A stretch of 63,365 nt of DNA, filler included, from Reticulomyxa filosa (GCA_000512085.1; 27 parts of 27 records of this genome joined end to end with filler, not necessarily neighbours in it), one strand, 5' to 3'. Shown: positions 39,847 to 53,710, counted from the whole stretch's first letter. Program-made: numbers and translations. The notes: generated from the letters alone by a model not told the origin.

Positions 39847-41133
39847 CTAATAGTATTTGCGATATAAAAGACAATACGCTTCCCATATATGCATAACATC
39901 GACCTCACGGTGATGATACCATTCGCCGTCATAGTCTTGGAAAAATCCAAAATACCAATTGTTGTCATAGCTTTGGATAAATCCAAAATTTGCCAGCATC
40001 CTTATTATTTGTTGGTACAATCCCTCACTCTTGATCTCGTCTTTTCGCTTACATTTTTTTTGTACAAGGTTCTTCAACGCCTCGTTGCTGATTTGTCGAT
40101 ACTTGCTTTCCGATGGCTGAGTCAATATATTCCATAGTATGTATGAACACAGTTCGACCACAATCTCTACTCTCTCGGTGCTTCTAGATGTATTAATCAA
40201 ATAAAACAAAATCGTCCTTCCATTTATTTATATGTATATATTTATATATGTATATGTATATACATATATATTTATATATATTTATATATATTTTTATATA
40301 TTTATATATATATATACATATATAAGTAACTCATAGTTTTTCCTTTTTTTGAAAGCAGTTTTACGTTCGGAACCTTTGCTCTTGCTACTGGCTTCAGATT
40401 GACTCTTTGTATTTACATTCTTCGCATTTGAAGTACGGCCGAATCCTAACCTTGCACGTGATTCTTCATACATTTCACCACTTTCACACCACACATAAAG
40501 TATCATCCTATCGTCTACTTCATTTCCAAATTCTTCAAACAGCTTTTTCAATTCGTTCCTCACTCTGTTTATTTTCATCACAATGTTCATTATCGAGGCC
40601 CCCCCCCCTTTTTTTATTTTCTTCATTCATGAAACAATGCAAAAATATAGCTACCTTGGCTTATTTTCCATTGCCATCAGGTGCAATGTATTCTTTGTGC
40701 TCTCATATTTTTTGTCATTTAATTCCCATATCACTTTTACCACGTTTGCGTCGGCACCGCTCTCTTTTTGGAGTTGCTCCAACTCTCTTTTTTTTTAAAA
40801 AAAAAAGCAAAACCCCCTTTCATGATTTTCAATGATACAAAATATCTAGATATATCTAATTTATCTTTTTTTTAATAGATAAAAAATTAAGATATCAACT
40901 ATACTTTTGCTCAACTGGCGAAAGATACCTATCCATTGTGTATGTCTCCAGTTTTTTTTAAAATGCGGCCACTTTTTCAAAGTTATACTTTTTGCAGAAA
41001 TTGTGGTAATAAGCAAAAGTATGACTAAATGTGCTAATTTAAGTATACAAATAATATAAGAGATGGCCGTAGTAGATTTAAAAAAGTTTGCAGTAGCATA
41101 TTTTAGATTTGACAGCCTCTCTGCTTCGGCCAT
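39847..41133 (-). CDS. PUB/PUG-domain protein with N-terminal CUE-like helical repeats
   Basis: VELCSYILWNILTQPSESKYRQI...MLANFGF (PUB). Upstream units ELKKLFEEF...DDRMILYVWCESGEMYEESRARL and ELEQLQKES..DANVVKVIWELNDKKYESTKNTL resemble CUE domains. The 5' exon is tentative. Confidence 0.6.
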
Positions 41134-41197
41134 TGTTCTTGTGAAATAAAACCTATTGTTGGATGTAACTGTTAGGCATGCAATGTATCACTTCAAA

Positions 41198-42160
41198 ATG
41201 GTACTTCTGTCTAGTACGCACGTGAGAAAAAAAAAACAATGTCAATTTCAATAACTGAAAAATGTTTAAAGTTTATTTATTTATGTGCCTTACACTAGAA
41301 AGATGATGTTCATATATAGGTAAAACAAAACATGGGCATAGGTGCTGATCGCGTCGGCATGTTTGGGTGCACTCTTAGGGGTGGTGTTTGCGTTCCTCAC
41401 CTGGAGGAAGTTGCAACGTGGTGAGATCAGTAAAAAGCCACGAAATGAAGACACATCTCTTGTTTTTTCAAGTTTTGGATTGGCTTGTTTGTTTCAGGAT
41501 GGTTGGATGTCCATATTAGAGGGGAGGGAGTAATAATAATAAAAAAAAGCTTTTGTAGCCAATAAAAAAAAAAAATAATAATAATATGTCTATATTGAAA
41601 CAATGCCCTCTTACAGGGAGCAATGAGATGAAAGGATCAATGGAGAGTTATATCGACACAAATAGCAACGTCGATGTCAATAACAATGGCAATGACAGTA
41701 CAACGGAAAATGAAAAGCGAAACCAAATAATAATAGTAATATGAACAACAACGGAAATGCGACAATGAATACAAATACAGAGAGTAAGAACAGTGAAATA
41801 TTTGTCCGTGAGAAATATTTAAAACCCACATCGAACGAGTGCAAAGCCTTGAGAAAACACAATCCCAAAAGCTTTAAAAGTCTCCAAGTGCTGCGCAATT
41901 GGATCATGCGTGACTTTATCGAGTATTGGTACAAGCCCTTTGTCACCAGTGTGGAAGAGGAGTTTGTATATCGCATCAAGCTCGCGTTGGACGGTGCGTT
42001 CCACATTCTAGTCCACAGAGTGGGCCATGTCAACTGGAGTTTGTATTGTCTTTCTCATGTGATGTTGCCTTTCCAACACTTTTTTGCAAAGTATGTGCGC
42101 ACATTGGACCAGTTGATGCAAACCAATCCCAACTTTTCAAAACTGGATCCTATTGCACAG
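41198..42160 (+). CDS. PXA-domain protein (SNX13/14/Mdm1-like), 5' part
   Basis: N-terminal TM segment (ACLGALLGVVFAFLTW) after a probable intron at 41222-41341, then LRNWIMRDFIEYWY...EEFVYRIKLALDGAFHILVHRV, matching the PXA pattern I.RDF...WY. Confidence 0.75.
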
Positions 42161-42169
42161 TTATGCCAC

Positions 42170-42205
<36 letters not shown>

Positions 42206-43812
42206 GGGGGGGNNNNNNNNNNNNNNNNNNNNNNNNNNNNNNNNNNNNNNNNNNNNTTAATTAATTAANNNNNNNNNNNNNNNNNNNNNNNNNNNNNNNN
42301 NNNNNNNNNNNNTTGTTTCGCCAAATGGTAGAGCAGGCTTTTGAATCATTGATCCAATTATCGAGTGGCACGACATTATTGCTCTTCGTAATAAATGGTG
42401 TATCAAATATTATGTCTTCCGCGCACACCGAGCCAAAGTCAATGAATACAGAAACGGCATGCAAATATCGGCGCACACAACACCAATTCAATATCTTGCA
42501 ACAATTGACAATGAAGAACATGGGCTGCGTTTCGTTGTTGTCATTATCATATCATCATTGCCACTTCGCTTGACATTGTTACGATCATCCAGAAGCTTCG
42601 ATTGGCGCATTATGAAGTTAGAGCGCGCAAAGTCGCCATTTGCGTGTTTGAAGAATCATTCCACAACCAGCAAAGCCGACAACGTTTTTTTAAAAAAAAT
42701 CCAACGCGGTATAACCCCCCCCCCCCCCTCCCCCGTAGTCTTGGCGTTCTCTTTCTTCTGCGTATCATCTACCTCTTCCCTTCTTATTTGCGGATGATCT
42801 TGGTTTGATCTTCGCATAACTCCTCCACCAAATTGAACCTTCGCATATGAAATGATTCTTCCGATATTGTAGTTTACTTGACCGCCACACACGTGACAAC
42901 GTTCAAATCCTTTTCTTTATCTTTTTCTACTTCTTCAGTAAATTCAGTCGCTGCGACGCCCGTAATGTTCACATTGTTATTACTTTATGCGATATCATCA
43001 CATTTTACTTTCTTTTATTTTGGAAACTGGATCTCGGTGCCGCCCGACTGCAAAATCAAGATTGTCCGGGATTTATTTGAAAGAATCATGTCCAACTGTT
43101 ATAATGCAATATCTCGATTGGATTCTTTCAAATACAAAGTCAATCCACTCTGGTCGGATGTTGTCTTGCTGTTTTGATTTTGATCTCACTATTTTATTAG
43201 CTCTTTCTTTCGGCGCTGTTAGAATTGGATGACGCAACACTACTATTGGTTCCAATGTTTCCACTGTTTGAGCCCATTGAAGAGGTCTGAGTCTTGCCTG
43301 TGCCTGTTGTCATGGTCGTTGTTGTTGAACGTTCGCTATCACGTTTCAAAATAGAGACAGCGTTGTCAATAAAATCCACTTACGATTACTACCATTGCTT
43401 AGGCCACGCTTTTCCTGTTACGCAAGATATCAGTTACATACCACAAAATGATATTACCGCTACCAATCACAATTTTCGCTTTAATGTCGGCATCTGTGTC
43501 TATATTCACATATACACTCTTATCCATTATTGCGTTTTTTTTATTTCAATAAAAAAAGACTTTACACGTGTGTTCATATCTACTCACAACGCAAATTGTC
43601 GGATTTGTGTGCAGTGTTCATCGCATAAAGCACAAATGAATGTGATATCGCAGATAACCAAAATATCGTAAATGAACCATTGATGTTTGTATCCATTTTT
43701 TTTTTTTTTTTTNNNNNNNNNNNNNNNNNNNNNNNNNNNNNNNNNNNNNNNNNNNNTTAATTAATTAANNNNNNNNNNNNNNNNNNNNNNNNNNNNNNNN
43801 NNNNNNNNNNNN

Positions 43813-44042
43813 CTTTGGACTCGGTCGGGCTTGAACGAGAGAATGTGCCATAAAAGGTTTTGGAGCTTGTCTATCAGCTCGTAATATGTTGTGCCCAACG
43901 GAACGGTCACTGTGACGGACCAGTGTGGAGGGCGAAGGCGCTTGTGATAGGGCTTGTCACCACATTCATTTAAACTTTCGCGGTAAAAATTCAACCGAAG
44001 TTTAATTGGCTTTGATGAAGAAAGCCCAAAACAATTACCCAT
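43813..44042 (-). CDS. Predicted N-myristoylated/palmitoylated protein (MGNC start), 3' truncated
   Basis: MGNCFGLS acylation motif, then a beta-beta-alpha pattern (IKLRLNFY...VTVTVPLGTTYYELIDKLQ) suggestive of a ubiquitin-like or PB1 fold. Confidence 0.6.
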
Positions 44043-44420
44043 TTTATTTTTTTTAGCTAACGAACATTAGTTCCCACTCCTCTCTACCCTTTGACGAACT
44101 TTACGAGTTTTGCTATCAATAGTTTCAAGTACAAGATATTTACTAATTGAAGAGATATTAAATTGTTTTATATTTTGTAAAAAAATGTTGTTGTAATTTA
44201 GTGTTAATGATATGTCCACCAAAACCTAAAAGACATCATGGACTGGACAGTCAACAGATGAAGACAGCTTATGGCACATTAACCTTTAAGTGATATGCAA
44301 TTGCGGAAGAACAAAACGGTCAATCCAAATAAGAATACAAAACAAAAAAAAAAGCTTTTTGCTGTTTGGAACAGCTCCGTTTGAATTTTCCACACGCAAA
44401 TAATAATAAATAAGAGAAAA

Positions 44421-45510
44421 ATGTTATCTACACTGTTATTCTTACTTGCGGCTGGATTGTTTGTACTCTCTGCAGGCAGCACATGTCCTTGGGCCAACGC
44501 AACACTGGCAACACAAGAGATGCGCAAGTTTTTCAAAGATGTGAACCTGCATCAATATGGTGGAGTTCATCAAAGGTAGTAATAGTCCACTTCGGGGCAA
44601 CTTGACATGGTCTGCCCTCAACGGACATGCCGGATTGCAAAGGCTGGTGATCTCTGGGCATCTTTTTGTCGGAGAGCCACGTTTTAATACCGTTTCTGCT
44701 ATGAATTTATTCTCTGGTTAAAACTAACACAAAAATGTGTCCCCCCCTTCCTTTACGTACACATGTACATGTACTTTTTACATACATAAATACATATATG
44801 CATATACATATTTATGTATATACATTCATGTATATATATATATATACATAAATGTATAAAGGTAATAACATGATTGACAACTTATCAAATGCATTTGAGT
44901 ACTTGAATCTGTTAAAACAATATACTTACTGGATGTGTGAACATGCAGCAGTACGCGAGACAGTTTGCACGTTTGAATGTATTGGACTTGCATTCGAATT
45001 GTTTGATCGAGGGCATAATATTTGATGACTTTGAAAGCGATTTTCCGTTGCCCAACCTGACGTATGTCGACCTAAGCGGCAACTGGCTCCATGGTAACTT
45101 CACTTTGCGTCAAATCCCTCCCCAATTGGAATATCTGGACATTAGCATCAACCGCTTCACACAGCTCCACATTCTTGGCGACGACAATTCTGTGTTCAAT
45201 CTCACCTCCCTTTTCTTCTTTTTTTTGCAACAATTGGAGCGCTATCCACTTTTGGAAGTCGTTACCTTTGATCGCTTACACGTTCGAGGTACATCTTTGC
45301 ATGTGTGTATGCGATGAACATGCACATACGTATATATATATGTATATGTATATTTGTATACGTAAAATAGAGAGTGCAAGTACAGCAATATTGCCACCAA
45401 AACTTCAAATCCTAAGCGGCCCGGACAATGCATTGTGTGGCCGTTTAAATTTGTCAATATTACCAAGCACTTTGGAATATTTGGATTTGAGTGGCAACGA
45501 GTCGTTTTGT
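44421..45510 (+). CDS. Secreted or surface leucine-rich repeat protein, partial, with a frame break near 44550
   Basis: Signal peptide MLSTLLFLLAAGLFVLSA; LRRs LNVLDLHSN, LTYVDLSGNWLHG, IPPQLEYLDISIN and LPSTLEYLDLSGN. Confidence 0.75.
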
Positions 45511-46559
45511 TTTTTTTCGTTTGGAGCAATAATATTTCAATTGCCTTAAGAGAGNNNNNNNNNNNNNNNNNNNNNNNNNNNNNNNNNNNNNNNNNNNNTT
45601 AATTAATTAANNNNNNNNNNNNNNNNNNNNNNNNNNNNNNNNNNNNNNNNNNNNATCTTTAAAATATCAAAAAAAAAATAAATCTCAAAGGTTGTACGTC
45701 GAACGTCGAGATCAATCAACGGTTGTGAAAACAAAATTGGCTCTTCCCTGTGGAATGGTCAGGGGGAATTACATGAGCAATGCAATGCTCAACTGAATCT
45801 TCTGAGCCTTGTTTTCGAAGTGTTCAGTGAAATATTGAGATTCAATTAAAGTAAGCTAAAACAAAAATAAAATTTAAACACTTATTATTAAAGAAAAGCA
45901 TGTGAATATTGCCATTTCGGCTTATTAATAGAAAAGTTATTCACTTTTGTCTTGTTAATCGGCTGTTCGTTTCGAGTGTTGTTATTTTGTATATATCTGA
46001 TCTCGCGCAAAATCGCAATATCAGATATCTGTAAAAGATTTGTTATCACGATAAAAAAAAATTTTACTAGTTAAAAAAAATTATTTTTTTTTTAGTAGTT
46101 TGAAATTATTTTCTTTGTATCTTTGTATTTGTTTCTGTTTTCGCCACAATCTTGCTGACGACGAAAATCGTTGTTAATAATCGAAGATTAACTTCTTTCA
46201 GATACTGCTAGATGTTGCAGTATCTAGCTAGTTGTTCTGTGTTTGCCTTCCTCCAAAATACAAAAGTGTATATCTACGATGAAGGATTATTTTTTATTTT
46301 TTTTTAACGTTGGGTTAATTGATTGCAATAAGGATTTTAATTGCTGGAATGCTAACTTAACCTCTACTAACTCAGGTCTTATCAATGAGATTTTATCATC
46401 AGATTTCTTATTCTGCAACCTTTGATCATTGTTATTCTTTCTTTTATTCTTCTTTCTATTGGCCCTCTTTCATTTCCATTTGACCCTTGTCCTTTGACAG
46501 CATCAGTATAAGAATATTTCTTTGGTTGCCGCTCCAATTGGAATGGATTGAGATGCCTT

Positions 46560-46751
46560 CTTCTTCAGGAATGCATCTTCCTTTCTTGTATCAAGCTTTT
46601 CTCTTGCTTTGCGGATCATATCACATTGCAATTCGACATAATACACATTTGTATTTGCTTGGGTCATTCTTGTGTCGGTATTTTGCTTCTTCGTAGTTTG
46701 CCAATACGCAATACTTACATACTTTGCGCTTTTTTGGGATTCACGAACAAT
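46560..46751 (-). mobile_element. Probable degenerate LINE ORF1 (gag-like zinc knuckles)
   Basis: Manual translation KRKVCKYCVLANYEEAKYRHKNDPSKYKCVLCR / QCDMIRKAREKL: paired CxxC motifs in the spacing of tandem CCHC knuckles, broken by a deletion. Confidence 0.45.
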
Positions 46752-47371
46752 NNNNNNNNNNNNNNNNNNNNNNNNNNNNNNNNNNNNNNNNNNNNTTAAT
46801 TAATTAANNNNNNNNNNNNNNNNNNNNNNNNNNNNNNNNNNNNNNNNNNNNAACAATAAGTGTTGAAACGTGATAGTATGAAAAAGAAGAAAAAGCTCTC
46901 ATCCAATTAGTTTGTATTTTCAATAACATAACAAAAAAGTCTTTTTGCAAAAAAAAGGATCCACTAGAGCATTCATACTTAAAAGATTGTCTGCTTTTAG
47001 AATTATTTAACATTTACCTTCAACTTCCAATAATAATGTGTAATAAATTAACACTGGAATATATATAAAGCCTAAGAGAAGTTCTGCGAGGCCAATCACC
47101 ACAGAAATAATAAACTACATTCTTCGAAGAGTTTTTTTAAAATAGTTTTTTTTATGTTACACAAAACATTTTCATATATTGATATGTCGCAATTTCCATT
47201 TAATTTAAAAATCAACAACTTTGTACTGGTAAGTCCCAAGTTTGCTTCGAATTTAAAGACAAGATTTCTGTTGTTCCTCATGTTTAGTATTTCTCTGCTA
47301 TTTCTTGAAACCTCAATTACTTTTCAAGATGACATTATCAAAAAACTTAATTGTTGAATATATTTTGTAAA

Positions 47372-47880
47372 GGGAGACCCAAAAATTCAGTAACAAACCA
47401 AACAATTTACTTTCGATTGTGTATTGACCAATAAAAGTAAACAATTGGAAATTTTCAAAAGTGGACCAAAATCTGTTGTTGAAAAGAGTTTACAAGGATA
47501 CAACGGATGTGTTTTTGTTTACGGACAAACAGGATCAGGAAAAAACGTATTTAATACACAATGAACTGATAATGGAAAAACAATCATTGATAATAAAAAC
47601 ACGTATTATCTTTAGACTTATATTTTAAAAATGAAAAATTATGTGTACATCTTTCAAAACTCAACAGATACACCATGTACTGAGATAAACAATCTCCAGG
47701 TGTTATATTTCAAGTGTTCAATATATTTACAAACATATTTCCGCAAACAAAGACAAAAAAAATACGAACTATCTTTAACCTTTTTGGAAATTTACAATAA
47801 AAAATTAAAAGATTTGTTACTGCCCGACATGTTGCTCCGAAACAACTTAAAATACGATAATCGAGCCAAAGTTTAGAGAC
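47372..47880 (+). pseudogene. Kinesin motor domain relic
   Basis: KQFTFDCV...SLQGYNGCVFVYGQTGSGK (P-loop about 47523-47543) and LTFLEIYNKKLKDLL; the rest of the motor is absent. Confidence 0.85.
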
Positions 47881-48896
47881 ACAAGAATGCTACACAAAAT
47901 TCAGTGGCATACACTGCAATGCCAATGCCGGCAATGAGAAAACTTCCAACTGCATTTTCAATTCCATTCACTCGTGTTATCACTGCCAAAATTGCTTGCT
48001 TGTAAAAAGAAGAAACACGAAACTGCCATCGAACGTGCTGACGTAGCACTTGTGCAAAAAATACCATAATGACACACCAACCATCTTATGACAGGGATGA
48101 TACAACATTGCACCGCCAAGCCTTTTCCAATACATAAATATACAAATAATAAATAAATAAATACATAATATATGCATATATAACCTGTATAACGATCCCA
48201 TGAAGGGCTCTGTTTGACAGCACAATTCTATAAACTGACAATAATGCGGTCCATGCCAAAAGCATCCATAATGGACGTATCAATGGATGGATTGATAACT
48301 TGATTTCCAATAAATCTGCGTCAATTTTCCATCTTTCTAGTTCTCTTCCTTTTCGATGTATCCACCAACTGACCTTGTTTTGAAAGTTTTTTATTATTAT
48401 TGTGAATGTTGGAAGATCGATCTGGTGGTATAGTCCGAACATTTCAATGGAAGTAAACTTCATATATTTCGGAATAATGGGGAAGGTATAAAAGTATCAG
48501 CTCACCCACTCCACTTTGGGGCATCTTTTCCTCCAGCATTTGTACCACTTCGTAATGAGATTCTTTGTTCCATTCCACTTTGAATTGAGAAAATAAGTCC
48601 ACATCCATCCATTTGTGAAATAACTGAATACTTTTTCTAGTCACTTTGTAGAATATTAACGCTATTAAAAGTGAGGAAATATAAATGGTACCACTAAATA
48701 GAAATATGTTAAGCATAAGGCATCTGCAAATGGATTTGGAAGCCCAATCAACGCACAGGAGCATTCTATACTGCTTCTTCATTGGTGTATTATCAATCAC
48801 AATTACAAAACATTCTTGCACACTCCGAAAAGTCAAATGAGAAGGAATCTGAAATAGTAAAACATGACAAAAAGTTTGTGTTGTACTGTTTTGCAA
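47873..48896 (-). CDS. Uncharacterised multi-pass membrane protein or pseudogene
   Basis: Overlapping hydrophobic ORFs 48444-48896, 48086-48463 and 47873-48067; no family recognised. Confidence 0.35.
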
Positions 48897-49139
48897 GGAA
48901 AGTCAAAAGTGAAAGGAAAATCACTGTTGTCACTCCTTTTTACTTTTTTTTTATTTTATTTTTGAAAAAGAAAAAAAAAATTTAATCAAATACAAAACTT
49001 CCTATCACTGACGCTAATTTAGTCATAATTTTCTAAAATGACGACATAACACAAATTCAATCCTTAAATCAAAGATATAATTCCATCATTTATAATAATT
49101 TTCAATAACAACAATTTTAATTTGATAGCATATATCGAA

Positions 49140-50670
49140 ATGTCTACAAATAATCCTTTTGGTAAATCTATTCAAACAAATAAATGTATAATTTTAAATA
49201 AATAAACAAAAACATACAGGAAAAATGTACCCGAAAAAACGCGGAATTATTCACGTTATAAATATTGAAAGGCAAAAACACGAACCTATTGCAAAAAGAC
49301 AAAAGGTATAATTTATTTATAGTTATACCTTTCAAATCACAAAAAATAATATATTTTAACTTTCAAAAAAAAAGGTTTAACTATATTTAATAAGTACAAT
49401 AACATAATAAAATAAAGATATGTCAAAACTTAACGCTGCCTCAAAAAAAGACGATGATGCAGCATGAACAACGACCACAAGATCATGTCCAATTACAGAA
49501 AAAACAGGAGCCACAAGTTCAGAAGCAGACACAAGTTCAGAGCCAACCACAAATTAAGAAGCATCCACAAGTCCAGAGTCAGTCACAAGTTCATAGTCAA
49601 TCACATGTCCAGAAGAAGCCACAAGTTCAGAGCCAGCCACAAGCCCAGAAGAAGACACAAGTTCAGGATCAACAACATATTCAGAAACAACCACAAGTCA
49701 ATGACCAATCACAAGCAAGACAATCACTGATACCCAAGCCAATCGGTAATGCAAAGAAATTACTGGTGCTAGATATGGATGAAACGCTTGTCCACAATTC
49801 TCCTAATGTTTGTTTATATTTATTTGTTTATTTATTATTATAAATTTGTCATATACACATAAATAAACATTAAAAACATATAGAAGTTATCACCAACAGG
49901 AATTAAATTTAGATTCCATAAAGCAGGTACAAATCACACGTGGTACACACATCCAAGGGCATACCTGCATACATTCCTGTCAGAATGCCACAAATATTTT
50001 GATATTGCAGTATTTACTGCTGCTGTACCGGAACTCGCGAACCCAGTGCTTGATTTGATAGATATAAATAGCGTAATCAAATACAGATTGTTCCGAAATA
50101 GCTGTATTTTAATAAATAATAAATTAACTAAAGTATGTTTTTGCAATGTAATAAAAAATAAACGATAATAACTACAATAATACTATAACAACAATAATAA
50201 ATAGGATTTGAATAATCTTGGAAGACCAATGCGAGATATTATTTTAATCGACGATAATATATATATTCAATCTATATTTCCAAGAAATTGTATTCCTATT
50301 CCTGCCTTCGTATGCCAACCAAATGACGACCATGTATCTATTAACAATTGTATATATTTAATATATAATATTTATTGTTTGTATAATTGTATATTTATTT
50401 AAAAAATAGTTAATGCGTACATTACATGTACTTACGAGCAAGCTCGCATATGCTACTGACGTAAGGCAAATATTGGATGCAAGACAGCCAATAGAATGGC
50501 TGTATCGATTGAAATCCCGAAATAATACACAATCTATTCACGTACAGCCTCCTGTCGACAAGCCAGCACAATCATTTTCCTGGTAAGTTTACAATTACTT
50601 TTATATTTCAATATTCATCATAGTTTATGTTTGTTGAACGTAACTATAGGATCAACACGAAGATATCTGA
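49140..50670 (+). CDS. NIF/SCP (FCP1-like) HAD phosphatase with Q-rich repeat N-terminus
   Basis: LLVLDMDETLVH (DxDxT at 49772-49786), FLSECHKYFDIAVFTAA, YRLFRNSC and DLNNLGRPMRDIILIDDN...PRNCIPI, split by short AT-rich introns; gene ends are approximate. Confidence 0.85.
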
Positions 50671-50939
50671 TATTAAGCGAACAGTGGTTGGCGCAATTGA
50701 TCTGATGAAAACTTACTTCTTCGGATTCAATCATAGTTATCCACTTTATTTCATTTATTCATTACTTTCAAACATATTTTATTTGTGTATGTTTGTATAT
50801 TTATAGTATTGACAAGAAAGTGATCGAATAAAAAAAACTATAATTTTTATTTTTTTGTTTTTGTTTTTTTTTTTTGTTATTTGATAACACAATTTCAGCA
50901 ACACCACACAAAGCACAAAACTATAACAAAATGTGCATG

Positions 50940-51510
50940 CAATAATTATGAAAATAAAAAGAAATTATAGTGTGAAAAAGAGATGATGTTGTAAAAAAAA
51001 ACAAAATATAAATACCAATAACTGAACTAGCAGTAACAACATCATTCAATCAACAAATTTGGAGTGGATGTTATCCAGACAATAACCCATTATTTGTTGC
51101 TGCCTGCTTTCAGTTTTAATTTGCCTTTTATGACGCTATGCACACACAAATTGTGATAATCAGATAGATATATAGCTAATATGATATTAATATAAAGAAA
51201 AGAATGAAAAAAAAATTATTGAGCCAAGTGGAGACACCACTCTAACCCAGTTGAGGATTTGTACAACATACCAACTTCCTCGTGGAGACACCATAAAAAA
51301 ATTGAAGGTCCTCAATAATATTTTTTTTCATTCTTTCTTTTTTTTCATATCATATTAACTTTTTGTGCATTGTCGATGGGGTAAATGATCCAATTGTTAT
51401 TGCCACATATCTATCTCAACTAAATATATTTTTTTACAACATAAAATATCATCCACACCATCTATTCTTTCTATCTTTATTTTCTTCTTTATTTCCATAA
51501 TTATTTATTT
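50940..51510. repeat. Long imperfect inverted repeat with an internal 12-nt direct repeat (MITE or foldback-like)
   Basis: 51178-51223 pairs with 51311-51357 and 50941-51010 pairs with 51424-51505. GTGGAGACACCA occurs at 51228-51239 and 51282-51293. Confidence 0.6.
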
Positions 51511-52395
51511 TTCATTTGATTGGATTTGATATTTGATCTTCGTGTTGGATCACTATACAATATTTTCATTATCTGTCTGTTTACACATGCACATCTAACT
51601 GACAATACAAAATGTGTTATTCAATAGCAACTAAAACAAAATAAACAAAAAAGATATAAAATTGAATATTGTTTATTCTTTATTTTTAAAAAATTTTATT
51701 AGCTTAACTTTTTTGACTGTGTCTTTCGGCTGTTGCATTCTTGTGGACCTTTTTTTTATCATTACTTTTCTTTCATTTATGTTTCCTCTCTTGTCTCCAT
51801 TCTACTCGAAAAAACATATCTTAAATCGCCACTTGCTTTTCACGAACTTGTTATTTTCCAGATCCATTTTTTCATTTTGCCAAATATGTGTACCGATTAA
51901 TATGTACATAATAAAATACCACGTCTATTTTGAACCAAAAAATATATAATTTTTTAAAATATAGACTTATGCTACGTACATCAATTCCAGTTTATATACA
52001 TAAATACCATAATTACATTATATAGTGATATATGATGTAATAGATATACACTGTGTTGCGCACAATATACATAAAATGATAATGAAATCTGATATACTTG
52101 CAGTGCGTGTGTGTCGTGGCATAAGTAGTCGCTGTTGTGCATTGAGAAAATAAAAATGAAGTCACATGCTGAAAGATGAATAAATGATGAAGATTGAATC
52201 TGTTTCACTTGTCGTAATGTAAAACATGTTGAATCCTTTTTTATGAACGGGGAATCTTCGTCTTTTTTCCAGACTACTTGTTCACTTTTTTTTAANNNNN
52301 NNNNNNNNNNNNNNNNNNNNNNNNNNNNNNNNNNNNNNNTTAATTAATTAANNNNNNNNNNNNNNNNNNNNNNNNNNNNNNNNNNNNNNNNNNNN

Positions 52396-53540
52396 TTGTC
52401 TTTGTCTTTGTCTTTGTCTTTGGTTTGATCGTTTGTTGTGGGGTCACTCTTGCGCTCAGGAGTGGCTCTGTCCTTTTCGTATCCATTCGCATCTTCTGTG
52501 GTCGTGACATTCTCGCATAGCGAGTCGTCATCGTCTAAATCGATTCGAGTGTCTTTTGGCAAAGGCTATTTTTTTTTATGGAGTGTTAAAAAAAGATATA
52601 TGTATATATATGTATATATATGTATATACATATGTATATACATATGTCAAAACGTAACATCGTATAAACGACATGAAAACAACGACGAGGCTTGATTGGA
52701 AATGGACGATTGGAGATCTTGATTGTACAAATAAGGCTTATTGGACTTGACAAACTTGTTTGGAAAGGAGTAGGAAGGCTTGTGCTCTGGGAACTGAATG
52801 ACGATGTCGACCTCGGTGGGCTTCAAATGGCCTTTGCCAATGAGACTGTTGACCACTTCGGTGACTTCCTCGTTGTCGACGAATAGCGACAGCAGCGTGG
52901 GGTCTTTTGTCCGATAATAAAACGGGTTGGACATGCCGGCGTCCTCCCTTTCGCGGCACTGTTTCATTTCGTTTGAGAGATTCAAATAGATTGCCGATAG
53001 CGCACTTATCGTCAATTCACTTGGTAGCATCCTTTTTTTTTTTTTTTTATGTAATGTTTCATCTTTTTTCACAAAAAAATAGAGTGATAAGAAACTTGAG
53101 GTCCAATTAAAAAACCATAGTCTCGAAATATGTGAATGAAATAAATCCAATCGAACGAGTCGTCAATGGACGACACTTCGTTGATACGTGTGACATACTC
53201 GACTTGCACTTTCCGACACAACTTGTCATCCAACCCCGTGAATCTTTGTCGCCACAAAAAATATTAAACATTAACACGCAACAGTGCATCAAAAAAAAAA
53301 AATAATAAAATAAATAAAAATAAATAACGCAACTTTTGATAGACATCCGACGGATAAAAAAATCTTTTTCATCAACTGGTACGCCGGCATCCTCTTTGAC
53401 GTGAAGTCCAGACCTTTTGGCAATGTCCCTCCTCCTATTCCATCGATCGACGACATTGTCGGATTTCGACTGGGTCTCTTGTTGTCTCGTATATATTGTG
53501 GCAATGACATTTCTTCTGTCAACCCTGTTGCCTTCCATCG
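52396..53540 (-). CDS. Uncharacterised multi-exon protein fragment
   Basis: GC-richer open segments (52675-53030, 53095-53260, 53335-53540) separated by AT-rich or (TA)n introns; no family recognised. Confidence 0.5.
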
Positions 53541-53710
53541 ATTCTTATATAATATATATATATATATATANNNNNNNNNNNNNNNNNNNNNNNNNNNNNN
53601 NNNNNNNNNNNNNNTTAATTAATTAANNNNNNNNNNNNNNNNNNNNNNNNNNNNNNNNNNNNNNNNNNNNTTTTTTTTTTTTTTTTTAGAGATAGTTGTT
53701 TATATAGAAA

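Noticed and set aside
42313-43712. Gene call for this contig (also 14465-16388, 25350-25920, 26326-27753 and 38460-39671)
   Set aside because: Coding-like composition, but all frames are broken and no family could be recognised; probably decayed genes.
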